Source: Ruminococcaceae bacterium UBA3220 (lineage in GTDB: Bacteria; Bacillota; Clostridia; Oscillospirales; Acutalibacteraceae). Taken from it: a stretch of DNA of 64,000 nucleotides. The notes under the pieces were generated by a model that had not been told where the DNA came from, made no database searches, and worked only from the letters and a program-made list of their open reading frames with translations. The translations under genes and the position numbers were made by a program. The stretch is taken from NCBI GenBank assembly GCA_002363095.1, contig DEWC01000111.1, forward strand, positions 5,165 to 69,164. The letters run 5' to 3'. This document shows positions 27,382-36,240 of this stretch, piece after piece (position 1 is the stretch's first letter; each line of letters opens with the position of its first letter).

Positions 27382-27684
27382 ATGGTTAAACATATAATTC
27401 TTTGGAAACTGCGTGATGATTTATCCGAAAGCGAGAAGAGCGAGGTAAGGCAGAACGCAAAATCGGGGCTTGAATCGCTTGAAGGCAAAATCGAGGGGCT
27501 TTTAAGAATAAAGGTTAATATAAATCCGCTTGAAACCTCAAACTGCGATATGATGCTCGATAGCGAATTCGAGTCGTTTGAGGCGCTTAAAGGTTATGCG
27601 AAAAACCCCGAGCATAACAAAATCGCGGATAAATATGTCCGCCCGTTTACGGCAGCGCGCAGCTGCATAGATTATAAGGCGTAA
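27382..27684 (+). CDS. Dabb (stress-responsive alpha/beta barrel) family protein
   Basis: 100 aa; MVKHIILWKL start and size typical of Dabb. Confidence 0.7.
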   Translation: MVKHIILWKLRDDLSESEKSEVRQNAKSGLESLEGKIEGLLRIKVNINPLETSNCDMMLDSEFESFEALKGYAKNPEHNKIADKYVRPFTAARSCIDYKA

Positions 27685-27720
27685 AAAACGAATTTTTTAT
27701 AAACTGTTTCGGAGGAAACT

Positions 27721-29460
27721 ATGTTAAAGAAACTTGCAAGGAGTATAAGAGAATACAAACTTCCGGTATTGCTGACCCTCTTTTTTATTGCGGCGGAGGC
27801 TGCTATTGAGAGTCTTATCCCTTCTATTACCGCAAAGCTTGTAAATAATATAAAAGACGGTGTAAGCGTTGCTTATATTCTGAAAACCGGCGGAATTTTA
27901 GTCCTTTTGGCTATCCTTTCGCTTTCCTGCGGCGGTATCGCCGGATACACCTGTGCAAAGGCGTCCGCCGGATTTTCAAAGAATTTAAGAAAAGATATGT
28001 TCAGGAACATTCAAAGATATTCTTTCGGAAATATCGATAAGTTTTCATCGTCCTCGCTTGTAACGAGAATGACGACCGATGTCAACAATGTTCAGATGGC
28101 GTTTATGATGATAATCCGTATTGCTCTTCGTGCTCCGCTAATGCTTATTTTTTCAATCTTTATGGCGTTTTATATCGGCGGAAAACTTGCGCTCGGCTTT
28201 GTCTTTATAATCCCTGTTTTGGCGGGCGGACTTTTGCTTATTGCGAAATTCGCCATGCCTGCGTTCAGGCGCGTGTTCAAGAAATACGACCGTTTAAACG
28301 AGTCGGTCGAGGAAAATGTAAGAGGAATGCGTGTTGTAAAGGGCTTTTCGAGAGAGGATTACGAAAAACAAAAATTTGCCGCCGCCTCGGACGATATCCG
28401 CGCCGATTTCACAAAGGCTGAAAAAATCGTCTCGCTTAACGGCCCTTTAATGCAGATATGCATATATTTCAATATGGTTTTTGTTTTAACGCTCGGCTCC
28501 TACGCCATTCTCGGAGGCAAAAGCAGTATTGATGTCGGCGAAATATCGGCAATGCTTACCTACGGTTTTCAGGTACTTATGCAGCTTATGATGATTTCGA
28601 TGATTTATGTTATGCTTACCATGTCGGCAGAATCGGCAAAGCGAATCGTCGAGGTTCTTGACGAACAGCCGAATATCCATAATCCCGAAAACCCGGTTTA
28701 TGAGGTTAAGGACGGCTCGGTAGGTTTCAGCGGTGTCAACTTCAAGTATTCCGAGCACGGTAAAAAATTCGTTATATCGGATATAAACCTGAAAATCGAG
28801 TCCGGTATGACGGTGGGCATAATCGGAGGTACCGGTTCGAGTAAGTCAACCCTTGTTCAACTTATTCCGCGTCTTTATGATGTAAATGAAGGAACGGTAA
28901 CCGTGGGCGGTATTGATGTCAGAGATTACGACCTCAATACGCTCAGAAACGCCGTAGGAATGGTGCTTCAAAAGAATATTATCTTTTCGGGAACGATAAA
29001 GGAAAATCTCCGCTGGGGTAATGAAAACGCCACCGATGAGGAGATTGCCGCCGCATGCCGTCTTGCTAAGGCGGACGAATTCATTGAAACCTTCCCCGAA
29101 AAGTACGATACAGTAATAGAGCAGGGCGGAAGCAATGTTTCAGGCGGACAAAAGCAACGCCTTTGTATCGCCCGTGCCCTCCTTAAAAAACCGAAAATCC
29201 TTATTCTTGACGACTCCACAAGCGCGGTTGATACGAGAACCGACGCAGGTATTCGCGAGGGCTTTAAGAATTATATTCCCGAGACTACAAAAATCATAAT
29301 CGCTCAAAGAATTTCCTCGGTTATGGACGCCGATTTGATTTTGGTGCTCGATGACGGTAAAATCACCGGTAAAGGCACCCATGAAGAGCTGCTTAAAACG
29401 AGCGCGATTTATAAAGAAGTATATGAGCAACAGATAAGCGGAGGTGGTTTGAATGAGTAA
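27721..29460 (+). CDS. ABC exporter, fused permease/ATPase, subunit 1 of a heterodimer pair
   Basis: 579 aa; six-TM N-domain; GGTGSSKST, SGGQKQR, ILILDDSTSAVD. Confidence 0.9.
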   Translation: MLKKLARSIREYKLPVLLTLFFIAAEAAIESLIPSITAKLVNNIKDGVSVAYILKTGGILVLLAILSLSCGGIAGYTCAKASAGFSKNLRKDMFRNIQRYSFGNIDKFSSSSLVTRMTTDVNNVQMAFMMIIRIALRAPLMLIFSIFMAFYIGGKLALGFVFIIPVLAGGLLLIAKFAMPAFRRVFKKYDRLNESVEENVRGMRVVKGFSREDYEKQKFAAASDDIRADFTKAEKIVSLNGPLMQICIYFNMVFVLTLGSYAILGGKSSIDVGEISAMLTYGFQVLMQLMMISMIYVMLTMSAESAKRIVEVLDEQPNIHNPENPVYEVKDGSVGFSGVNFKYSEHGKKFVISDINLKIESGMTVGIIGGTGSSKSTLVQLIPRLYDVNEGTVTVGGIDVRDYDLNTLRNAVGMVLQKNIIFSGTIKENLRWGNENATDEEIAAACRLAKADEFIETFPEKYDTVIEQGGSNVSGGQKQRLCIARALLKKPKILILDDSTSAVDTRTDAGIREGFKNYIPETTKIIIAQRISSVMDADLILVLDDGKITGKGTHEELLKTSAIYKEVYEQQISGGGLNE

Positions 29461-31411
29461 TCAAAGACTTCCGAAGGGTATGAGTTCGGGCAAAAAGATA
29501 AACCCGAAATCACTTATAAGGGTAATAAAGATGCTGTGTTCTTTTTATCCCGTTCTGGTGCCGTTTGTCGGCGTATGTATCGTTATTTGTTCGGTAGTGT
29601 CATCGATTCCCGCGATTTTCCTTCAAAAAACCATAGCGGTTATTGAAAAATACGCCAAAATGACCGGTTTTAGCGGGTCAACGCTTTGGACGATGGCAAA
29701 AAAAGAAATATTGCCCCTTATCGTTATACTCGTAATACTTTATGTTATTTCGATTATTTTGATGACGGTTTATTCTCTGCTTCTTGCCAAAATTACTCAG
29801 GGCTTTTTGTCCAAACTTCGCATAAAGATGTTCGATAAAATGCAAAACCTCCCGATAAAATACTTTGATACTAATAAGCATGGCGATATTATGAGCCGTT
29901 ATACGAATGATATCGACACCTTGCGCCAGCTTGTATCGCAGGCGATTCCGCATATACTGCAGTCGGGGATAATCGTACTAAGCGTTATGATAATTATGCT
30001 TTGGTACAGTTTTTGGATGACCATTGTTGTTTTTGCGGGCGTCTTTACCATGCTTTATGTTTCAAAGGTAATCGGCTCAGGAAGCGCAAAATTCTTTATC
30101 GCTCAGCAAAAATCGGTGGGTAAAACCGAGGGTTATATCCAGGAAATGATGAACGGTCAGAAGGTCATCAAGGTCTTTTGCCACGAGGATAGGGCAAATG
30201 AGGACTTTGACAGGTTAAACGAGGAACTCTGCCAAAATGCCTTTAAAGCCCACGCTTATGCCAACTGTTTAGGCCCGATAATTATGAACATCGGCAACAT
30301 CCTTTATGTTATTTGTGCCACCGTCGGCGGAATTTTGCTTGTAACAAAGGTGCCCAATATCGGAATAAGCACCCTTGTTTCGGGTTCGGTTACCGCCGCG
30401 CTTTCGGTTTCGATAATCATTTCTTTTCTTAATATGACAAAGCAGTTTACCGGCAACTTAAACCAGGTTTCTCAGCAGATAAATGCAATTGCAATGGCGC
30501 TTGCGGGCGCCGAAAGAGTTTTCGAGCTTATGGACAGCGAGCCCGAGGACGATAACGGATATGTTACCCTTGTAAACGCAAAATACGAAAACGGCGAGTT
30601 AATCGAATGTGCCGAGCAAACGGGGCGTTGGGCGTGGAAGCACCCCCACGGCGACGGAACGCTTACCTACACGCCTCTTGCAGGGGATATCGTGCTTAAA
30701 GACGTTGATTTTTCCTATGTTGAGGGCAAGCAGGTTCTTAGAAATGTTTCGGTCTATGCAAAGCCCGGTCAAAAGGTCGCCTTTGTCGGCGCTACCGGTG
30801 CCGGAAAAACGACCATAACCAACCTTATAAACCGTTTCTACGATATCGAGGACGGAAAGATTCGCTACGACGGTATCAACATCAACAAGATAAAGAAATC
30901 CGATCTTCGCTCCTCTCTCGGTATCGTTTTGCAGGAGACAAATCTCTTTACCGGCACAGTTATGGATAACATCCGCTACGGCAAACTCACTGCGTCGGAT
31001 GAGGAATGTATCGCCGCGGCAAAACTTGTCGGAGCCGACGGATTTATAACAAGGCTCCCCGACGGCTATAATACCATGCTCACAAATAACGGCACCAATC
31101 TTTCGCAGGGGCAAAGGCAACTTATATCAATAGCCCGCGCCGCCGTAGGAAACCCTCCGGTTATGATTCTTGACGAGGCGACCTCTTCAATAGATACCCG
31201 AACCGAAGCAATCGTCCAGCGAGGTATGGATAAACTTATGGAGGGCAGAACGGTCTTCGTTATCGCCCATAGGCTTTCCACCGTTAAGAACGCCGATGTT
31301 ATAATGGTGCTCGAAAAGGGCAAAATAATCGAACGCGGAACCCACGCCGACCTTATCAAAGAAAAGGGAACATATTACCAGCTCTATACCGGCGCATTCG
31401 AGCTTGAATAA
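29453..31411 (+). CDS. ABC exporter, fused permease/ATPase, subunit 2
   Basis: 652 aa; GATGAGKTT, SQGQRQL, MILDEATSSID; 8-nt overlap with subunit 1. Confidence 0.9.
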   Translation: MSNQRLPKGMSSGKKINPKSLIRVIKMLCSFYPVLVPFVGVCIVICSVVSSIPAIFLQKTIAVIEKYAKMTGFSGSTLWTMAKKEILPLIVILVILYVISIILMTVYSLLLAKITQGFLSKLRIKMFDKMQNLPIKYFDTNKHGDIMSRYTNDIDTLRQLVSQAIPHILQSGIIVLSVMIIMLWYSFWMTIVVFAGVFTMLYVSKVIGSGSAKFFIAQQKSVGKTEGYIQEMMNGQKVIKVFCHEDRANEDFDRLNEELCQNAFKAHAYANCLGPIIMNIGNILYVICATVGGILLVTKVPNIGISTLVSGSVTAALSVSIIISFLNMTKQFTGNLNQVSQQINAIAMALAGAERVFELMDSEPEDDNGYVTLVNAKYENGELIECAEQTGRWAWKHPHGDGTLTYTPLAGDIVLKDVDFSYVEGKQVLRNVSVYAKPGQKVAFVGATGAGKTTITNLINRFYDIEDGKIRYDGININKIKKSDLRSSLGIVLQETNLFTGTVMDNIRYGKLTASDEECIAAAKLVGADGFITRLPDGYNTMLTNNGTNLSQGQRQLISIARAAVGNPPVMILDEATSSIDTRTEAIVQRGMDKLMEGRTVFVIAHRLSTVKNADVIMVLEKGKIIERGTHADLIKEKGTYYQLYTGAFELE

Positions 31412-31520
31412 TTCTTACTCTCTGACAACTGAAACTAATAAGCGTTGATATTGTCCGATTGCACAAAACTGCGTTTTCTGTAATTTCAAGTATCAAGTAT
31501 TTTAGAGGGTTTAATATTAA

Positions 31521-31545
31521 GGGACGATGCTTTGCATCGCCCCCC
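31521..31545. terminator. Bidirectional terminator hairpin between the ABC pair (+) and spoIIR (-)
   Basis: GGGACGATGC-TTT-GCATCGCCCC followed by CCTTTTA. Confidence 0.55.
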
Positions 31546-31571
31546 TTTTATAATGTCTACCGTTCGCCATA

Positions 31572-32177
31572 TTATTTTCGCTTCGGTTTTCGTTTCATAT
31601 TTTCATAGATTTCTACGAGTTTGAAGCGGATTTTATACTTTTTCGGATTTGTTGCAACTTGACTGTCCTTGCCGATTTTTTTTAGGTTGGCTTTAGAGCC
31701 GCCGATACACACGCTCGGATATATAACGCACCACCAATTATGCCCTTTGCCCTCGCCGAGTTTTATAATAAGAGAATCGTAGTATCCTGCCGGAAGGGTG
31801 AAATCTTCATATTCTCTTGTGTTGAAGAATGCCTTGCCGACGCGGGCGGAACTTTGATAGGGGAACCCGTTTTCTTTTAGTGTTTCAGCACAAACAGCGT
31901 TTATTTCTTCAAGGTTTTGTTTTGTAAGGTTTTCAGCGCTGTATAGTGTTTCACAGTTTTTGAAAATATCGTCGGTAAATGAAACCACCGCGTCGCGCAC
32001 CTTTAATTTCACATTCTGGTCGGCGGTGCTGTCGGAATTTGCTATTATATGAATTCTTAATATGTTTTTGCGAAGCGTTTCGCACGAGGCGCCGAATTTT
32101 GCGAAACTTAAAAGCACTGAGAAAACGAGGGCGAACAAAAGCGACCTTTCAAAAATTTTTATGTTGAATTTTTTCAT
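31572..32177 (-). CDS. spoIIR: Stage II sporulation protein R
   Basis: 201 aa; signal/TM segment then LRIHIIANSDSTADQNVKLKVRDAV, the SpoIIR signature. Confidence 0.88.
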   Translation of the reverse strand: MKKFNIKIFERSLLFALVFSVLLSFAKFGASCETLRKNILRIHIIANSDSTADQNVKLKVRDAVVSFTDDIFKNCETLYSAENLTKQNLEEINAVCAETLKENGFPYQSSARVGKAFFNTREYEDFTLPAGYYDSLIIKLGEGKGHNWWCVIYPSVCIGGSKANLKKIGKDSQVATNPKKYKIRFKLVEIYENMKRKPKRK

Positions 32178-32268
32178 AAAAAAACCTCCGTCAAGTAAAT
32201 TCTTGACAGAGGCTCATTTTTTTATTCGGGTTTATACATCGTCCCGAAAAAATTCATCTTAACGAAAC

Positions 32269-32388
32269 GGGATGAAAGAGGACGCCATCCCCTACGATTT
32301 GGCAATATTGATTTCACGCGTAGCTATATCAATCGTGCGCGGATGCGCACACCTTACTTATTACTTATTACCTATTACCTATTACCTC
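32269..32388. repeat. Modular intergenic repeat unit, copy B (diverged)
   Basis: GGGATG...CATCCCCTAC, core GATTTGGCAATATTGATTTCACGCGTAGCTATATCAAT, hairpin GTGCGCGGATGCGCAC, ACC, then TTACTTA x2, TTACCTA x2 and TTACCTC. Confidence 0.75.
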
Positions 32389-33221
32389 AATATCTGCACG
32401 CCAAACGGGGAGAATTCCGCCTTAAAGCAGGTGCATTTTTCCGCAAACTTTAAAAACGCCTCATCGCGTGCGCGTTTATCGGCGAAAATCCCGAAAACCG
32501 TGGGTCCGCTACCCGAAAGACCTACCGCCTCGGCACCGAGGCTTTTAAGTTCGGTTTCTGCATTGCTTATATCCGAAACGGCGGTAAATGCGTTCGAGAT
32601 ACTGCCAAAGAACAGGGCTTTGTCGCCGCTTTTAAGCGCGGATAACATTTGCTCGGTTTTTATCGGTTGCACGGGAACGCTATCAAGCATTTCATACATT
32701 TTTGCGGTAGATTGCTTTTCACCTTTCTTAATTATAAGAACAGGATGCTCGCCGGCAAAGGGGAGAGGCTTGATTTTCTCGCCGATACCGGTAACTCTTG
32801 CCGTTCCGCCGACAAGACAAAACGGAATATCCGCACCTATCGGCGCCGTGATATTAATCAAATCTTCAATGGTCAGATTTGCCTGATACATATGACAAAG
32901 TCCGATTAAAACTGCGGCGGCGTCTCCGCTTCCTCCGCCCATACCCGAACAGGAGGGGATGTTGTTTCTTATATAGATATCGGCACCGCCTGAAATGCCG
33001 GCATATTCAAAAAACGCCTCTGCCGTTTTTTTGGCAATGCTCTTTTCGGCGGGAACGGTTTTATCCGAAAATGAAACCGAAAGCGTATCAGATTTTTCAA
33101 TTTCAATCTCATCAAAAAGCGAAATTGATTGAAAAACAGAGTCAATAAGATGGTAACCGTTTTCGGTTTTGCCGGTTATATCAAGCGTAAGGTTAATCTT
33201 GGCGTTACTTTGAAGTTTCAT
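32382..33221 (-). CDS. ispE: 4-diphosphocytidyl-2-C-methyl-D-erythritol kinase
   Basis: 279 aa; KINLTLDI start, GHMP-kinase loop PSCSGMGGGSGDAAA. Confidence 0.9.
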   Translation of the reverse strand: MKLQSNAKINLTLDITGKTENGYHLIDSVFQSISLFDEIEIEKSDTLSVSFSDKTVPAEKSIAKKTAEAFFEYAGISGGADIYIRNNIPSCSGMGGGSGDAAAVLIGLCHMYQANLTIEDLINITAPIGADIPFCLVGGTARVTGIGEKIKPLPFAGEHPVLIIKKGEKQSTAKMYEMLDSVPVQPIKTEQMLSALKSGDKALFFGSISNAFTAVSDISNAETELKSLGAEAVGLSGSGPTVFGIFADKRARDEAFLKFAEKCTCFKAEFSPFGVQILR

Positions 33222-34116
33222 TCCGCTTTTTCCCCTTGCCGAAAAGATTTAGTATCAAAATTGCAGTAAGTATTATCGCAATTCCCGTATATCCGAAGAT
33301 GTCGGGATATTTTTTATAAACTGTTATATCAAGCACCGTTGCTACAACCGGCTCGACCGTCGCAATGATTATGGCTACGGTAGGGGCTACCGTTTTAAGT
33401 CCCTCGGAATAGAGAATATAGGGGATAATTGTATTGGCGAGGGCGAGAACCGTCAAAAAAACAACACTTCTGACATCGGAAAATACGGTGTTGAAAAGTG
33501 ATGGGATGTTTTTGCCCATAATGCAGGCGCACCCCGCCACAGAGAAAACGAAAGCGTAAAATGTTATTGTTATAGCAGAATAGCCCCTTTTAAGGAGGAT
33601 ACTGCTGAAAATCCCGTAGAGCGAATAGCCGAACGCCGCGCCCAAACCGAGGGCAAGCCCCGCCTTGCCTACTGTGGGCATCGTGCCCGCAAAGCCCGAA
33701 ACGAGCGCGCACCCGACAACTGCGAAAAAACAGCATAGGATTTTGATAAGATTCAGTTTTTCTCCGAGGAACAAAACCGAAATAAGCATAACGAATATCG
33801 GCGCCGTGTAGAGGAGCACCGCCGCGGTCGATATCCCCACAACGCGCATGGCAGTAAAATAACAATAATTAAAAAAGGTTATGCTCGCAATCCCTATAAG
33901 GGCAAAAAGCCATAAATCTTTAGGTTTTACCGAAAATGCCTTGCGGTCAAAAACGAGCAGATAAACTCCGAGCATAAAACACGCGAAAACCGAACGCCCG
34001 AAAACGATACCGATTTCCGAAAGTCCGGTCCCCGAAAGATTATTAACACTTAGTCCGCTGGTGCCCCAAAGTGCGGCGGCAACGGCGACAAAAATAATTC
34101 CTTTGTAATTCTTCAT
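33205..34116 (-). CDS. EamA/DMT-family transporter
   Basis: 303 aa, about ten TM helices in two halves; WGTSG motif near the N-terminus. Confidence 0.8.
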   Translation of the reverse strand: MKNYKGIIFVAVAAALWGTSGLSVNNLSGTGLSEIGIVFGRSVFACFMLGVYLLVFDRKAFSVKPKDLWLFALIGIASITFFNYCYFTAMRVVGISTAAVLLYTAPIFVMLISVLFLGEKLNLIKILCCFFAVVGCALVSGFAGTMPTVGKAGLALGLGAAFGYSLYGIFSSILLKRGYSAITITFYAFVFSVAGCACIMGKNIPSLFNTVFSDVRSVVFLTVLALANTIIPYILYSEGLKTVAPTVAIIIATVEPVVATVLDITVYKKYPDIFGYTGIAIILTAILILNLFGKGKKRNETSK

Positions 34117-34125
34117 ATTTTTCCT

Positions 34126-35202
34126 TTAATTATTAACATTATGATGAAATCCGAAATTGCCAGGGGAAAGAGCTTCAAAGGTATATCCTCTCGCTTTTAG
34201 CCCGGTTATAATGCCTTCAAGCGCTTCGGCAGTCGTCGCCTTGGCGTTTGTGTCATGCATTAAAACGCATATTCCTTCGCCCCTTGCGACGGGTCCGCTG
34301 TTTAAAACGTTGTTTATGATTTGGTCTTTCGGTACACCGTCCCGTTCGGCGTCGCCGGAGCTGACATTCCAGTCAAAATAGGTGTATCCCATATCGGGGA
34401 GAAGTTTTGTAAGTGTAGTCATAATGCCCTTGCATACCCTTTCGCTGACCTTGTTGCTTCCGCCGCCCGGAAAACGGATAACGCCGGGTCTCTTGCCGAT
34501 TGCGGCGGCAACCTTGTCCGAAACGGCTTTAAGGTCGAGCAGATAGGTGTAGGGACTGCAATATATATTCTCCGCGCTGATTTTATAGCACTGGTGTGTA
34601 TTCGAATGAAGCCCGATTGTGTGCCCTTCGTCGCTCATCCTTTTAAGCAGGGATAGATTACCCGTTCCGACAACAAAAAATGTTGCCTTAACGCTGTGCT
34701 TTTTAAGAATATCCAAAATCACTGGGGTAACACGGGTTGAGGGACCGTCGTCAAAGGTAAGATAACAAACCTTACCCTTATTGGGGATTTCAACCGGTTT
34801 CGGAAGGGTCATATCGGCTATAAGCGCGTTAAGGGCGTCCTGCGAATATGAAGGAGGAGTAAAAGACGGCGCAGGGGCTGTCGGTGCAGGTTGAGGAGGA
34901 TTTGCCGCCGCCTTTTGCCGGGCGGCGGTCAGTTCAAGATTTTTCTTTTCAAGATCCGCTATCTGCTTATCCTTTTCCTCAATTTGCTTTGCCTTTTCTT
35001 CAAGTTGTTTTTCTTTTTCTTTTAATTCTTTTTCCTTTTTTTCATTGCTTTTCTTAAGCTCTGAATTTTGAGAAGTAAGGGCGTTCTTGCGCGACTTTTC
35101 GGCGGAAATTTTAAAGCATGAAGCTGTAAGTGTGGCTATAAGCAAAACTATGACAGCGTAAAGAATAACGGTTTTCTTGTTGCCTAAAAGCAATTCTTTC
35201 AT
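34126..35202 (-). CDS. Polysaccharide deacetylase (NodB domain) with N-terminal TM and coiled coil
   Basis: YLTFDDGPS, HSNTH motifs; KEKELKEKEKQLEEKAKQIEEKDKQI coiled-coil segment. Confidence 0.85.
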   Translation of the reverse strand: MKELLLGNKKTVILYAVIVLLIATLTASCFKISAEKSRKNALTSQNSELKKSNEKKEKELKEKEKQLEEKAKQIEEKDKQIADLEKKNLELTAARQKAAANPPQPAPTAPAPSFTPPSYSQDALNALIADMTLPKPVEIPNKGKVCYLTFDDGPSTRVTPVILDILKKHSVKATFFVVGTGNLSLLKRMSDEGHTIGLHSNTHQCYKISAENIYCSPYTYLLDLKAVSDKVAAAIGKRPGVIRFPGGGSNKVSERVCKGIMTTLTKLLPDMGYTYFDWNVSSGDAERDGVPKDQIINNVLNSGPVARGEGICVLMHDTNAKATTAEALEGIITGLKARGYTFEALSPGNFGFHHNVNN

Positions 35203-35287
35203 GACTTCACCCCTCTCACACTGTAATTATAACACCGGCAATAACAAAAATCTACAATTTTTTTGTCTCAAAATATGGAAATTTTCG

Positions 35288-35316
35288 GTTTAGAAACGGT
35301 TTTTCGTGGGAATACT
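35288..35316 (+). promoter_or_regulatory. Candidate forespore-type (sigma-F/G-like) promoter of sigG
   Basis: GTTTA-N15-GGGAATACT resembles the recalled sigma-F pattern GYATA-N15-GGnnAnAnT; 27 nt upstream of the ATG. Confidence 0.4.
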
Positions 35317-35342
35317 CTTATTAAGACACGGGAGGTGCCGGT

Positions 35343-36107
35343 ATGTATAACGGAAAGGTTGTTATTTGCGGGGTCGATACATCAAAGCTGCCTCTGCTTA
35401 AAGAGGCGGAAAAAGAAGACCTTATAAAGAGAGCAAAAAAAGGCGAGCAGGCGGCGCGAAATGAACTTATTAACGGAAATTTGCGCCTTGTTTTAAGCGT
35501 TGTAAAGCGCTTTTGGGGCAGGGGAGAAAACCCCGATGATTTATTCCAGATAGGTTGCATAGGTCTTATAAAATCGATAGACAATTTTGATATAAATCAG
35601 AATGTAAAGTTCAGCACCTATGCCGTTCCGATGATAATCGGCGAAATACGCCGGTATTTAAGGGACAACAATTCTGTAAAGGTAAGCCGTTGTATAAAGG
35701 ATAACGCGTATAAGGTTATGAAGGCAAAAGAGGAGTTTACGGCAAAAAACGGCTGCGAGCCGAATGTTTCGCAAATTGCGGAAATGCTGAATATCCCCCG
35801 CGAGGATGTCGTTGTCGCGCTTGAAAGCAGCGTTGAGCCTATCTCTCTTTATGAGCCTGTTTTCTCCGAGAACGGCGATTCGTTTTATGTGCTCGACCAG
35901 ATAGGAGATAAAAACGACTGCCGAAACTGGCTTTACGAAATCGCAATACGCGACGCTGTTTCAAAACTTTCGGCAAGGGAAAGGACGATACTCAATCTGC
36001 GGTTTATGAAGGGTAAAACCCAAATGGAGGTCTCAAAGAAAATCGGTATTTCCCAAGCGCAGGTTTCAAGACTTGAAAAAAACGCGATCAATAAAATTAA
36101 AAGTTAG
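35343..36107 (+). CDS. sigG: Sporulation sigma factor SigG
   Basis: VICGVDTSKLPLLKE...NGNLRLVLSVVKRF...FSTYAVPMIIGEIRRYLRDN closely follows B. subtilis SigG as I recall it. Confidence 0.85.
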   Translation: MYNGKVVICGVDTSKLPLLKEAEKEDLIKRAKKGEQAARNELINGNLRLVLSVVKRFWGRGENPDDLFQIGCIGLIKSIDNFDINQNVKFSTYAVPMIIGEIRRYLRDNNSVKVSRCIKDNAYKVMKAKEEFTAKNGCEPNVSQIAEMLNIPREDVVVALESSVEPISLYEPVFSENGDSFYVLDQIGDKNDCRNWLYEIAIRDAVSKLSARERTILNLRFMKGKTQMEVSKKIGISQAQVSRLEKNAINKIKS

Positions 36108-36117
36108 GTGCGGCGGA

Positions 36118-36148
36118 TAAATTCGGGAGTTACGACCCCGAATTTTTT
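36118..36148 (+). terminator. Intrinsic terminator of sigG
   Basis: AAATTCGGG-AGTTACGA-CCCCGAATTTTTT. Confidence 0.7.
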
Positions 36149-36171
36149 ATGCTCCGAAATCACAAAAAAAT

Positions 36172-36200
36172 TTGACCGAAAAGATATTATGTGTTATAAT
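36172..36200 (+). promoter_or_regulatory. Sigma-A type promoter of metY-metA (TTGACC-17-TATAAT)
   Basis: TTGACC 36172-36177, TATAAT 36195-36200; only about 40 nt before the metY ATG. Confidence 0.6.
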
Positions 36201-36240
36201 CATTTATTATGATTTGATATTAATTCTCGGAGGGAAAATT

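Noticed and set aside
32272-32886. 204-aa plus-strand ORF
   Set aside because: It is an antisense shadow of ispE that starts inside repeat copy B, with no RBS. ispE on the other strand has clear GHMP-kinase motifs.
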